From assembly GCF_963921235.1 (NCBI RefSeq), contig NC_086109.1, positions 36,954,001 to 37,018,000 of the forward strand: DNA of 64,000 nucleotides. The letters run 5' to 3'. Below the pieces are notes generated by a model. The model made no database searches, was not told where the DNA came from, and saw only the letters and a program-made list of their open reading frames with translations. This document shows positions 24,741 to 36,896 of the stretch, piece after piece; position 1 is the first letter of the stretch, and every line of letters starts with the position of its first letter. This stretch comes from Mobula hypostoma (Eukaryota). The translations under genes were made by a program, and so were the position numbers.

Positions 24741-26830
24741 ACAATTTTAACAAGTTTTAAGATACAATCATAAAAAGAAACAAGATTCCTTCATCAGTAA
24801 TATACAAGACATTTGACATTTTGGGTATATTTGTCACTGTGTGCTTTGTCAGATATTTATCAAGCACTAAAAGAATGCGTAAACCATCATTAAGGAATAT
24901 GTAATGAATGCATTCCTTGATGTGTCAGTAATCCTATGTTAACTTCGGTAACAGGTGTGCAAAAATGATTCCTGTAAATTGCTTTTTCTTGGCATCTATA
25001 CTTCACTACTAGAACTTGCTAACACCGTTTATGTTACAATGACAATGAATATTGAATATATTCACGAGATTGCTTATGCAGCAATAGTTCTCCTACTTTG
25101 TACGTAGCTGTAGGTCTCCTGCTGGGACAAATCTCTTCTGCATTTTCACTTGAAGCAGAGCAGAATACGTTTCTTGTAAATACGTCAAAAGAAATTCCCA
25201 GCCAGAACAGTGAGTGAGCTAACATAAATATTTGACAAGAATGTATTAATTTAAAAATATAAGGCATTCATTTGTTGCATAAATTTCATTAATAGTTGCA
25301 TCATTTGGATAGCATGCTTATTGAAATGAAATGCCTTACACATGAGCCATAATGTTTTATTCACTTCAGAATACTTAGAAACTTTCAAAAATCATAATTA
25401 TAGATGTTGCTCTAGATATTTGTGACATGATATTTTGCCATATTTTCAGCTTCGTCTTACAATCAGTAGTATTGAAACAACCATATTAAAATTACATCTG
25501 GTCACATTGCCTGTGCAATTCAAGATGTCTGATGCAATCTTTACAATTTCAGTAATCTTGGAGATTGCTAAAATAATGCACTGATTGTTATTAAATTACT
25601 TTTTAATTAGTGCAAACTGACACAAATTACTACAGGCAGCAGAAATGTTCATACTGGAAATCTTGAATCTTGAATTTTGAATTAAATTTCACTTCAGAAA
25701 GATAAAAAAACACTTTAAGCAACAGTATTTATCAAATTTTGAAGATAATTTATTTCTCGGCATTATATTTTCCCCGTGTTTCTCAGTTCAATTGTGCCTT
25801 AGTACAAACAATTATATCCAGGTTAGAATTCAATCATTGACATTGGGAATTTGCTTTGAAGGGGATCAAATATCTTGTCTTTTCTGCAATTGCTTGAAGG
25901 GCTAGAACTGTTAGATTAAATGACAGAAATGTGGGCAGAATTCAATTGTATTCAAATCGATTTTCTCTTCTAGTTAAAAAGTATAGCAGTGTTGGTGAAA
26001 AACACTCAACTTCACAGGTAGTGCTTCTACTAAAAGAAGCTAACAACTGATGGATTATGGTTTTTTGCATCCTTCTTACAGGATCACTATTCAAATATCT
26101 ATGTGAATGTGGTACAAAGAGTGAATACTATCTCTACCACCCAGAAGTTTGGAAGCCGTAGCAAAAAAAAATGCTAAGCAAAGGTTATCCACCAGCAGTT
26201 TCTACAAAGTAAGCATGTTCCGATATGGAACATAACAACCTGGTAATTGCTTCCTTGTGCAAGTGATGCAGACAATCCTATAACTTCTTGATCTCTTCGA
26301 GCATCATTCTACACATAGAATTGAAATTCTTGTCAGCATTAAGTCTCACACATGCAATGATTTTTATCCATTATAAACCTGTTATGTTTTGCATCAAAAA
26401 TTACATAAATGGTTATAGTGGTACAAGATGAATCTTGAACGATATGTTGCTGCACTCCAACATTCCATACTCCAATTGCTTCTTTATTTTTTGACTGAGA
26501 TCAAGACAGAATCCAAATAAAACAAAAATAAATTCACAAAACAGGAGCTTTCCAAGATAACTAGGCTTTTCCATCTTCTGCGATCATTCGGATATTGAGC
26601 AATACTGCCTGAAGCTATTTGTTGAGATAAGAAGAATCAAGACCATGGAAGTACTTAAAAAGAGAATAACATCATCCGTCTGTGGAGGATCAGGATACAG
26701 CGACAAAGCTCTAAGATGATAGCTTCTGTTTTCTGTATGCTGAACCTGAAGAGTTTATAGTTTATCTGAAACAGTACTTTGAACAATCAGTCCGACAACT
26801 CAGAGGCTGTGGTGGCACTGAGAAACTGCC

Positions 26831-26921
26831 ATGGATTTTAAAGCTTGCCACCAGAGGGATACTTCAGGAATGTCTGTCAATAGCAGATCCAAAGGGAAAA
26901 GTCTAATGAAGAAGAGACCAG
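26831..26921 (+). other. Candidate first coding exon (MDFKACHQRDTSGMSVNSRSKGKSLMKKRP)
   Basis: Strong Kozak context GCCATGG, 30 open codons, then CAG|GTAAGG. It lies in a repeat-free block. The peptide is not recognised. Confidence 0.2.
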
Positions 26922-27034
26922 GTAAGGATCCGTTGGGATTCCAGTGCTTGTGTTACAGAATGGTATGAGAAACTATTGCTGGAAAGAATGATGGAAAAAT
27001 AATGTTGACAAAGCAAAGCAAGCAAGCAAGCAAT

Positions 27035-27320
27035 TTATTTATTGAGATACTGTGCACTATAGGTCCTTCCAGCCTTTTGAGCCACGCCGCCCAGCAATTC
27101 TCCCAATTTAATGCTAGCCTAATCATGGGACAATTTACAATAACTAATTAACCTACCAGCCTGTACATCTTTGGGTGGTGGGAGGAAACCAGAGCACCCA
27201 GAGGAAACCCACGCGGTCACTGGGAGAACATACAAACCCCTTACAGTCAGTCGCAGGAATTGAACCCAGGTCACCTGTGCTGTAAAGTGTTGTACTAACC
27301 ACTATACTACCGTGCCGTCC
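27035..27320 (-). mobile_element. V-SINE (HE1-like)
   Basis: Head GGACGGCACGGTAGTATAGTGGTTAG, B box GGTTCAATTCC, V-domain 'gggtttcctctgggtgctctggtttcctccc' and a CR1-like tail. Confidence 0.85.
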
Positions 27321-27375
27321 AAATGCAGAACTACAAACCATCTGTGTAGTTGTGGAAATAGTACAGGAGAACAAG

Positions 27376-27797
27376 CTTCTCCATGGATTGTCACCTTGTC
27401 GTGGTGGAGAAGCTTGTGTGGTCCTGTGATCCAGAGAGCAATGCCGCCTGGAGCTATGCTCCTGGTAGGGTCACCCATGGCGGTAAGGTCGAGGGTGAGG
27501 TCCCTGACAAAGGACAATCCAACCAAGACTTCAGCAGTAGAAGAGGCGGACGAAATTACTTCGAACTCAACAGCTGTGAAGGCGGATGAAGGCTGCAATA
27601 AATCCATCAGTCCAATCGTCCTGGTTTCCATGCTATTGGAATCAGTTGACTGATTTGTGAAGTATTGTGTGCTTCTTGGAGTGCAACATCAAGTACACAT
27701 TAAACAAATACATGCATAGGCGTCTTCGCTGTCTGGGCCACTTCTTCAGAACGAAGACCATCATCCTCGACCTCGAGGGATAGCCACAACGATGATG
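27376..27797 (+). mobile_element. Non-autonomous bipartite RTE (Expander/Rex3-like) element, copy 1
   Basis: 13-bp TSD ACAGGAGAA(C/T)AAG at 27363-27375 and 27798-27810. RTE-type 5' UTR 'gtcaccttgtcgtggtgg...ggtagggtcacccatggc' and a (GAT)n-like tail. No RT coding sequence. Confidence 0.8.
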
Positions 27798-27889
27798 ACA
27801 GGAGAATAAGTAGGCCAGATCAAGTATGAACCAGACCATAGTTTAAATTTCATTCATGATAATTTCTGAAGGAACTGTTCAACTTACCT

Positions 27890-28657
27890 TAAAATTGTTG
27901 GTAGAATCTCAGATGGTGATGAGAGGGCATACAGGAGCGAGAGATGGCAACTAATAGATTGGTGCTGCAGCAACAATCTGGCACTCAATGGCAGGAAGAT
28001 GAAAGATGAAAGTAAGTTGAACAAACACATACTATTCCTCATGGAGGGATCAGAAGTGGAGAGAGTGAGCAGTTTCAAGGTCCTGAGTGTCAAGCTCTCT
28101 GAGGATCTAACCTGGTCCCAACATATCGATGCAGTTATAAAGAAGACAAGACAGCGACTATACTTCATTAGGAGTTTGGAGAAATTTGGTATGTCACGTC
28201 GGCTCCATCTTGGGTTAAATGTAGGGGTCCACCAACTAGACTACAAAGTACCCAGGTCATCTTCAAGGAGCGGTGTCTCAGAAAGGCAGCGTCCATTATT
28301 AAGGACCTCCAACACCCATGGCATGCCCCTTTCTCACTGTTACCATCAGGTAGGAGGTACAGAAGCCTGAAGGCACGCACTCAGCGATTCAGAGACATCT
28401 TCTTCCCCTCTGCCATCCAACGCCTAAACAGTATTGAACCCTTGAATACTACCTCAGTTTTTAAATGTATATTGTTTCTGTTTTTGCACGATTTTTAACC
28501 TTTTTAATATAAGTATACAGTAATTGATCTTCTAATTTACTTATTATTATTTATTTTTTCTTTCTTCTATGTTATGAATTGCATTGAACTGTTGCTGCTA
28601 TGTTAACAAATTTCATGACACATGCCAGTGGTAATAAACCTGATTCTGATTCTGATT
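27890..28657 (+). mobile_element. Rex1/Babar-type LINE 3' part with internal deletion
   Basis: [13 protein letters not shown]...[20 protein letters not shown] and a (CTGATT)n tail. It lacks ~120 bp relative to the 22489 copy. Confidence 0.85.
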
Positions 28658-28697
28658 TAAAATTATTTATGGAATCAACTTCTTTTTTCAGGTCAAG

Positions 28698-28777
28698 CAG
28701 GGGTTCCCAACCTAGTTTATGCCATGGACCCCTACATTTAACTGAGGGGTCCATGGACCCCTGGCTGGAAACCCCAG
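28698..28777. mobile_element. 80-bp hAT-like MITE
   Basis: Imperfect TIRs CAGGGGTTCCCAACC / GGCTGGAAACCCCAG, an internal inverted repeat CCATGGACCCCT / AGGGGTCCATGG, and 8-bp flanks AGGTCAAG / AGGTAGAG. Confidence 0.6.
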
Positions 28778-28944
28778 AGGTAGAGCATCCAAGATTTTAA
28801 TGACTAAGTCTATGACTACTGGTTATTGACCTACACATCAGAAGCAATAGTCTTTCAGTTAATCAAGAACTCTTACCATCTTGAAAATACATACCTGATC
28901 AGCCCTTAAGCTTCAGTGCTTCAAGCCCCTGCATGGTGCATCAG

Positions 28945-29295
28945 TGGCACAGTGGCACAGTGGCACAGTGGCACAGTGGTTAGCACAACACTATTACAGC
29001 TCAGGGTATCAGAGTTTAGAGTTCAGTTCTGGCATCCTCTGTTGAAAGTTTGTATATCCTTCCTGTGAGCACATGGGTTTGAGTGATCTTCACCAACACT
29101 GCTAAAGTCATTAACTAGAAGAGAAAATCAATTTGAACACAATTTAATTCCTCCAGGTGCTCTGGTTTCCTCCCACAGTCCAAATGTGTACTGGTTAGTA
29201 GGCAAATTAAACGTTCTAAATGGTCCTGAGACTAGGCGAGGGTTACTGGGCAGTGGAGCTTATTAGACCTGGAATGTCCTGTTCCGTGTAGCATC
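28945..29295 (+). mobile_element. V-SINE (HE1-like) with reiterated head and ~68-bp insertion
   Basis: (GTGGCACA)x4 then GTGGTTAGC. The V-domain is split at catgggttt|...|cctccaggtgctctggtttcctcccaca. Confidence 0.7.
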
Positions 29296-31439
29296 TTAAA
29301 TATAATAATAAGAACAATCTTAATTTTTACAGCTCCTAGCAACTACCTAATCACTCAATGCTGGTACTATTTGTTCTGTCTCTAGTGTATCATGTCTAAG
29401 GCCTTTACACATTTTTTTTTAAAATATGGTGCCCAGTAGTGTTCACATTACTCCAACTGATTCCTAACCAGTGATGCACAGAATTCTAAAATGATCTCTT
29501 TTTAAAAATTCTGGGTATTAATTAATGATCGCTAGAAATGCATTTGTTTTTTGCAACTATTTCATCAATTTGTTTGCTCACCTTTGAAGATTTGCATATA
29601 TAATATCACAGTCCATGCTACCTCTTGATGTAAAGTTTAAATGTGCAATACAAAAGTGTTTTGACCTGAAAACTGATTGGTAAAAGCAATTTCTCCAGAT
29701 CTGTTGCTCCAATGCAACCTCTTACATCTCTTAGAAAAAGCAATTATCAAATTTATGCATACACTGTACACTTCAAGAAATAACTGTTTGATCCTTTTTG
29801 TGCAAGATGCACTTGTTAAAGGATGCTGCTGGGCCTGAAGCAATTATTTCAATCGCCATACAAATCATGACTGAGATTGCTGGCAGAATATTGCAACAAC
29901 AACTCTGCAAATAGCTTGTACCTTATAGCAAGAAATAGAACATGCCTTTCTCATTGTGAGCCTGAGCCAAGGTCAGGAGGTCCGACTGGGAGGGTGTCCT
30001 GCATTCATGAATGATGATCAAAGTGTTACTGTATCCTTCTTCCGGAAACACTTATGACATTGCTGCATATCTGTTGATAATAATTTGTTCCCCAACCCAC
30101 CTGGTTCTGAATATACCTATCCCCAACCAAGGGTAAATCTTCCCTTAAGTGCAGCAACTATTTGATCCTGTGGTTACCAGGATTATCTGTTGCTTTAAGA
30201 GCTTTCAGCAGAGCAACATAATATATTTTATATGTAACCATAAGGCAAGAATGGGGTTTCTGTGAGTTTTTGTCCCAATTCAAGTTGCACACTTTAATAT
30301 GTTGCGGCGTGGCCTCAAGATAATACTGCACCCTACAACCTTGAAAAAAAATTGAAATTCACCTCGCATACAATGGTAGTCAATACATGTATTCTTAGCA
30401 CAGAATCTACTGGCTTTCAATATTGGTCTTTCCAAAGGCTTTCATCATACTTCTTTGCATTGACGTGCTTGTATTATTTTACTATTAAATTAGAATCATT
30501 CATTGATTTTATAACAGGTTAAACATAAGTGAAGAAAGTAGCTAGTATCATAACGTTACATTATTTCAGAATATACAACCGTATTTATTATTATGCTATA
30601 AACTTCGCAACAGTGAAATTTCTAACTAAATAGTTTGGGATGCATATCTCTTTCATTATTCAGAACAGTGCACCCTGCTAGATTGGACATTTTACACTCT
30701 AGAGTAGAAAATACAACTTTTGATAACCCCGAGTGCTTTAAAACCCTCAAGCAGCTCCTGACAAATAGTCAAGAGTGGTGAAATGGAACATTCTTCTTAA
30801 TAACTGGCAAATGTCTGGATCTACTACCTCAATCAATGCTACCACAGTAAGAAGGCAATGAAAGCTCTATAACATTTTAGAGGACAATCACTCAACTGAA
30901 ACATGTATAAACTAATCTGAAGTTTTTATTGCTTTCCATTAGATTCTAGGTCATGTAGCATGCAATAAAAGATTGTAATTTAGCATGACAATCATGATAT
31001 TTTTCTTGGATGATACAAGAGGCACTAGAAACTCATTATAATAGCAGCCATCAGACTTTTTGAAGCATAGTGAAAAAACAGTTATATACTGGAAGCCAAC
31101 ATGTACTAGATTACCATTAATATGTTGATTAACAATGTAAGGCTCAAATTAGGTAAACCTGAAACAAAATAGCTGCTAGAGTAGCACCCAGCAAAATCAA
31201 ACTCCATCCTCTAATCAGCTGAGGCCGTACAAATTTTATTTCCCTCCACAGATTAGTATTATGCAAAAACAGGAAGAGCTTTTTTTTTTAATAAATACAG
31301 CAAGGGAAAAAGAGTTGGAAAGAGGAATGTAGTTCTAGTGTGTACATTCAGGTAATAATGCAAAAAGAAAATGACATTACATAAGAACAGTACGTCAGAA
31401 GTACCGGGGCAACTAAAAAAGTCAGAAGGGAAATATATT

Positions 31440-31960
31440 GACAGTAAGAAGGAAGAGCTATTCAGCTCTCCAGTCTAATTCTACCATTCAGTTAGATTAT
31501 TCCTGATCTTCTACCACAACTCATGCTTCTTCATTGAAAAATCGACCAGACTTTGGTTTGAATATATCCAACAATTAAGGTTCCAAAGCCATCCATGTTA
31601 GGGAATTTCAATTATTCATTAAAATAAAGGCTTAGTAAAGAAAGCGCCCTTTGCCTCATCCCATAGTGTCTTGCCCTGAATCTTAAAATTGTGAACATGA
31701 GTTCTGGATTTCTCAACCAATTGCAACATCCTCTCAGAGTCTACCTTGTCAAACTTCTTAGGGCTTCAAGAAGTTTCAATTAGATTAACAATCATTCTGT
31801 TGTCTCTAATGAAATTCGGCGCTATGTTCTCAATGTCTTCTCAAACAAGTTCCATATCCATAAGGCAAGAATATCTAAGAGGCTGAAACCATATGTAATA
31901 CTTCAGATGTGGTCCAAGCAAAGTTCAAGGAAAGTATTATTTTTGGTTTTATACTCCATT
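31440..31960 (-). mobile_element. Old CR1 3' fragment
   Basis: Degenerate similarity to the CR1 3' ends at 36897-37180 and 46069-46600. Confidence 0.45.
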
Positions 31961-32199
31961 CAAACTTTGATGGACATCTTATTTGGCATGGACGAGTTGG
32001 ACGAAAGGGTCTGGTTTTCTGTTGTTTTACTCTGTTACTCAATCATTTTGGAATAAAGGACAAAATATACTTTATTTTCCTAATTGGCACATAATATCTG
32101 TGTTAAATTTCTGTGATTTGTGTACATAAAGTTCTTCAACATCTCAGCATATTTTTTGTGACTAGTGGTGTTTGCAAGGAACTGTAGTGGGATCTTGGC

Positions 32200-32915
32200 T
32201 ATTTGATAATTATGAAAATGTAGATGGGTGGGTGAGGTTGCAGATGATGTGAAGATTGGTGATGTTGAGGATAGCATAGAAGACTGACAAATAATACAGT
32301 AGGATTTAGATCCGTTGCAGATAAAGCAGAGTTTATCCCAATTAAATGTGAAGTGTCACACTTTGAGAGATCAAATGTAAAAAAATGACAAAACCTTTAA
32401 CCTCATTGCTGAACCTTTGGGTACAAGTCCATAGCTCCCTGAAAGTGGTGACACAAGCTGATATGGTGAAAAAGAGGGCATTTGGCATGCTCGTCTTTAC
32501 TAACCAAGGTACCGAGTGCAAGAGTCAGGAAGTTATATTGCAGCTTTATGAAACACTAGTTAGACCGCATCTGGAACATTGCATTTAGTTCTGGTCTAGG
32601 CAAGATGTAGAGGCTTTGGAGAAGGTGCAGAAGAGTTTTACCAGGATATTGACTGGATTACAAGTTATATGCTACAAGGGAAGGTTGAACTGTTTGCTCT
32701 GGAGTGGCAAAGGCTGAGAGGAGATCTGATAGATGTTTATAAGACAATGAGAGCCATTGAGAGCCAGTATCTTTCTCCCAGGCTGGAATGTCTAATATCA
32801 GAGGACATACATTTCTGATTAAAGAGCATAAATTCAATGGAATTGTGTGAGACAAGTTTTCTTTTCTCTCACAGAATGGTGGGTGGCTGGAATATGTGGT
32901 GATGGGCAGCACAGC
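32200..32915 (+). mobile_element. CR1 fragment (degenerate)
   Basis: VHSSLKV..Q.DMVKKRAFGML and LQLYETLVRPHLEHCI. Confidence 0.8.
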
Positions 32916-32944
32916 TGACTAGATAACTTCTTCACTTTTAACAT

Positions 32945-35900
32945 CCTCATGCAGAATAATGGTGAACCCAACTGCAGAGAACAGTCACATAAAATCAGAG
33001 GAAAAAATCCAGCAAGGCTTTACCGAATTCTTTAGCAGGCAAGGTACAGGCAGAGGGTCCAAAAAACTCACAGGTAAAGTCAAAATCCAAAAAGACATTA
33101 ACTAGAATTTCAGAAGCTGGTACATGACAAGGACGAGCTGTCTGATGATCTTAAATAGCCTGACAAATCTTGGAGATTTGGACACAACTGGACACAACTG
33201 GCAAAGGCAAATCCTTAGCTGAGGACCTTACCGTTGGCTTGCTTCTGGTGACGGGTTGAGGTATGTTTCAGGTCTGCCCAAGCCCTTCTCCAGGTCATCC
33301 TGCATCAAACAACAAACCCCTGCAGTTGGAACCCCCGACTACCACTGCCTGACTGGAGAAAAGTGGCGACTGAAACTCAAATTGGCACTTAGGTGGGGAT
33401 AAACCAGTGGAGGAAATCTGCAGAGTGTTATGTACCTTTTCTGCCCAGATCAAGGATGGTTGGGAGAACACAAAGCAGCAGGGGTATTTCAAGGTCCTGA
33501 TTAACTCATTCCTTCTGACCATGGGACTGGGGGTGGAAACCTGAAGAGAGACTGAGAGAAGAAGCAAACAGACCAGAAAGACTTCCTGTAATGGGACAGA
33601 AACTGGGGGTCATGAACAGACACAAGGTCATCTGGAATGCCATGAAACCTGACAACATTTTGTAGCACAACAGTAGCAGTTTCTTTAGTGGAGGGAAATT
33701 CAGGCAGGGCAATGAATTGAGCAGCTTTAGGAAAACTGTCTACCACCACCAGGATAACTGTGTTACCTTGTGACGATGGCAGGCCGGTAGTAAAATCCAT
33801 AGAGATGTGGCACCGGGGGTTCTATCAGAGTGCTTTCTGCAGAGACAAAATAACCTAGGAAGGAGCTTTTGGAAGAATGGAACTCCCAGTTTTCAAGCGT
33901 CACAACAAGGTGATTTTCATAGAGTTTCTGGAGGACCTGCTGAACATGCCAAATATGCTCCAGGATAGTGTTTGAAAAGCTTAATATATCATCTAAATAA
34001 ACAAACACAAAACAGTTCAACATCTCTCACAGAACATTTACAAAGGCCTGTAAAACTTCGGGGGCATTTTCCAATCCAAATGCCAAGATGAGATACTCCC
34101 AGTGGCCACTACAAGTGCTAATGGCTATCTTCCATTCATCACCTTCTCTGATGCGTATCAGATCGTACACAGATCGAGCTTCATGAAAATGGTGGATTTC
34201 TGGAGAAGATTAAACTCAGACAACGTCAATGAGAGAAGATAACAGTTCTTAATGGTAATTTTATTGAGACCTCAATAGTCAATACGGGGAAAGTCATTGT
34301 CTTCCTTGGAAACAAAGAAGAAGCCGACACTGGCTACTGAGGTGGAAGGGTCAATGAAACCAGTGTTCAGAGCATCCTAGATGTATTCACCCATGGCTCT
34401 GGTTTCTGGGGTAGGGAGAGCTCTGGGGGGAACAGTTCCAGGGAGAAGTCCAATGCACAGTAATATGGTTTATGAGGTGGTATCTCAGTAGCTCACTTTT
34501 TACTAAATACCTTTCTCAGATCTTAATATTCGGCAGGCAAATGCATACAGTCTAATGAATAGTCAAGAGAGCCTCAGGGACTCAGTCCTTCAACTGCTGC
34601 GGATATTTCTTTGTGCACCATAGCCACTGGAGATGTAGGAGAGGAGCAGGAATTCAGGCATGCAGGTCTCCAACAAAGAGATCCAGTGGCCCAGGAGAAC
34701 AGTAGGCCATGTAGCCACAGCCAGAGATGGTCCAGATTCAGAGAGTCTCGGTAGGACAAGGAGATTACAGAGAAATTGTTTCAAGGTGTGTTTTTCCTAC
34801 GGTCAAACGAAGAGGCTTGGTTCTGTAATTGATTACTCCAGAGTTGATGGGCTTGCCATCTACAGATTGAACCTTCCAGGGTGAGGGACAGGCCTCAAAG
34901 GGAGTGCACATCTCCTGTACCGCTTGGATGTCGAGGAAGTTACCAGCTGCACCCAATTCCACAAATGCATGAAGCATAATGGACTTTTGATTGGGATCAT
35001 TCCAGCTGAGGGGGGCAGGTAATAAACAGGAGCAGGGGATCCCGAGTTGGGCCATTCTGCTTGCTAAGGCCCTCCCACTCTTTTGCGAGCTTTTGGCTTT
35101 CACTGCTAGCTCAGGGCGGGAGACATGCAGTAAAGACAATGCCCCTCTCTCTTGTGTCTCATATGTGGAGGGGAGGAGAAGATGGCGGCACGATGCAGCG
35201 TGCGTGGCCGCTCTGGAATGATATCGGTATTTGTTAAGTAGGTACCGTGCAGAATCCTGATTTGATGGAGACAGACGTGAGAAGCATGGAGGAACATTTG
35301 GAGAAACTTCTGAAATGTCCGCTTCGCTGCCACTGCTACGGTGCGATTGAGAATCTCTGGAGGGGAAGGCCCTAAATCCTTGGCTTTGGCTATTGCTTGG
35401 CAGCCGGGGCCAGAGTCGAAGCGCTCGGCAGAGATGGTGCTCGGTGCTCAGTGTCGGAGGGCTGGTCGGAGGCTCGAAGTTTTCGGATGGACTCAAGAGT
35501 CAGCTGTGGTCGGGTGCTTCCAGGGTGTTGCATCAGCAAGTTTGCAGCACTGGAGGTTCGTGGCAGGGAGAGTTTTTCTTCCTTCTACTGTCTGCGTGAG
35601 ATGATGGGACTTTCGAGAGACTTTGAGACTTTTTTTTACTGTGCCAATGGTCTGTTCTTTATCAAATTATGGTATTGCTTTGCACTGTTGTAACTATATG
35701 TTATAATTATGTGGTTTTTGTCAGTTTTTTAGTCTTGGTTTGCCTTGTGTTTCTCTGATATCATACTGGAGGAACATTGTATCATTTCTTAATGCATGTA
35801 TTACTAAATGACAATAAAAGAGGACTGCGTGTCCTCATAATCTAATCTAATCTTCTCCTGAGGTGTCAAGCAAGTTAGCCCTAGCTGCATCAGTTCATTT

Positions 35901-36671
35901 TCTGGCTCTTGGCTAGAACGGGAAGCTCAGGAGATGGACTTGAAGTGACACAAAAAGTACAGTGTTTTCTCCTCCTCTCACAGTTGTCAATCCGGATGGC
36001 CATGGCTGTGAGTTCCTCCAGGCTGGACACCCACTCCTTTACTCGTGTGTTCATCCATCACCTCTTCAGGGAGACCACAGTGAAAGATTGTGAGGAGTGC
36101 TTCTGAATCCCACTCACTTTCAGCTGCCAGAGTCTGGAATTCTATTCTAAAGTCTGCAAGAAATCGGGCCCCCGGTGCAGACCAGCAGCTGCCTAGCTGT
36201 CTCCTGGCCGCTTATTTGGTGGTCAAAAACATATTTAAGGATGTCCGTAAGCACCTTTAGATCACTGGAAACTAGAGACTCCTGGAACCATAGAGCATTG
36301 CGTACTCTAGTGCACGATCTGACAGCAGAGATGTAATGTAGGTAGACTGAGACTGATCAGTCTGAAAGACTGAGGGCTGGAGCTCAAAGGCGAGGGCATA
36401 CTGAGCCAGGAAGTCTTTGCAACTACCTGGATTGCTATCATAGCACTGGGGAGCAGGGATCCTGTGTCTCTGGCTGGCACATTTGAAGGTGGCAGAACTG
36501 GTGCAGGTATTGGAGTTGTACCAGGACAAGGGTCTTGAGGAAAGCATGAAGAGACTCAACAAACTATTCAACAGCATCAATAAGCTGCTCTGGTTGTTCT
36601 TGATACATACGAAGTAAGGCTTCCTGCTCAGCTACAGCAGCACAGAACTGTTCCTTCTCTGCTGGAAGCAT
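32945..36671 (-). mobile_element. Decayed Ty3/Gypsy (sushi-like) LTR retrotransposon: gag-protease-RT-integrase remnants with probable 3' LTR
   Basis: Gag start MLPAEKEQ at 36671; RIPAPQCYDSNPGSCKDFLAQ; zinc-knuckle remnant GHCLYC; protease AFVELGAAGNFLD; RT FVFVYLDDIL; integrase MDFTTGLPSSQGNTVILVVVDSF and SSGFHPQSHGQ. An LTR-like segment at ~32945-33165 starts TGTCA on the minus strand. Confidence 0.88.
35167..35853 (+). mobile_element. Non-autonomous ~690-bp retroelement, copy B, inserted in Gypsy gag
   Basis: Head GGAGGGGAGGAGAAGATGGCGGC, 3' AATAAAA, GAGGAC-TGCGT-GTCCTC hairpin and (AATCT)3. The gag frame rejoins across it (LTPQE|..HMRHKREGHCLYC). Confidence 0.85.
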
Positions 36672-36896
36672 CTTGCTGCCACATCTGACCTGGTAACTTC
36701 TTCAGTTTTGCAATGGTACAATAGTCATGGAGCAGTTCAATATGTAGGCAGCTGAGAAAATCAGGTTGGTGCTGGATTCCAGCAGGGGGGATTTCTATAG
36801 TGCTTATGAGATGGCTTTTTAGAGCAGCTCATGGCTGAGCCCACTAGGCGATCCTCTGCTCTGGATTAGGTGTTGTGGAATGAATTAATTAGAGAG

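Noticed and set aside
30011..30110. Possible C/D box snoRNA (ATGATGA...CTGA)
   Set aside because: No convincing terminal stem and no recognisable rRNA or snRNA antisense element.
34765..35496. 243-aa minus-strand ORF
   Set aside because: Chance chimera of the antisense inserted element with the Gypsy protease remnant. The catalytic DSG motif has decayed to ELG.
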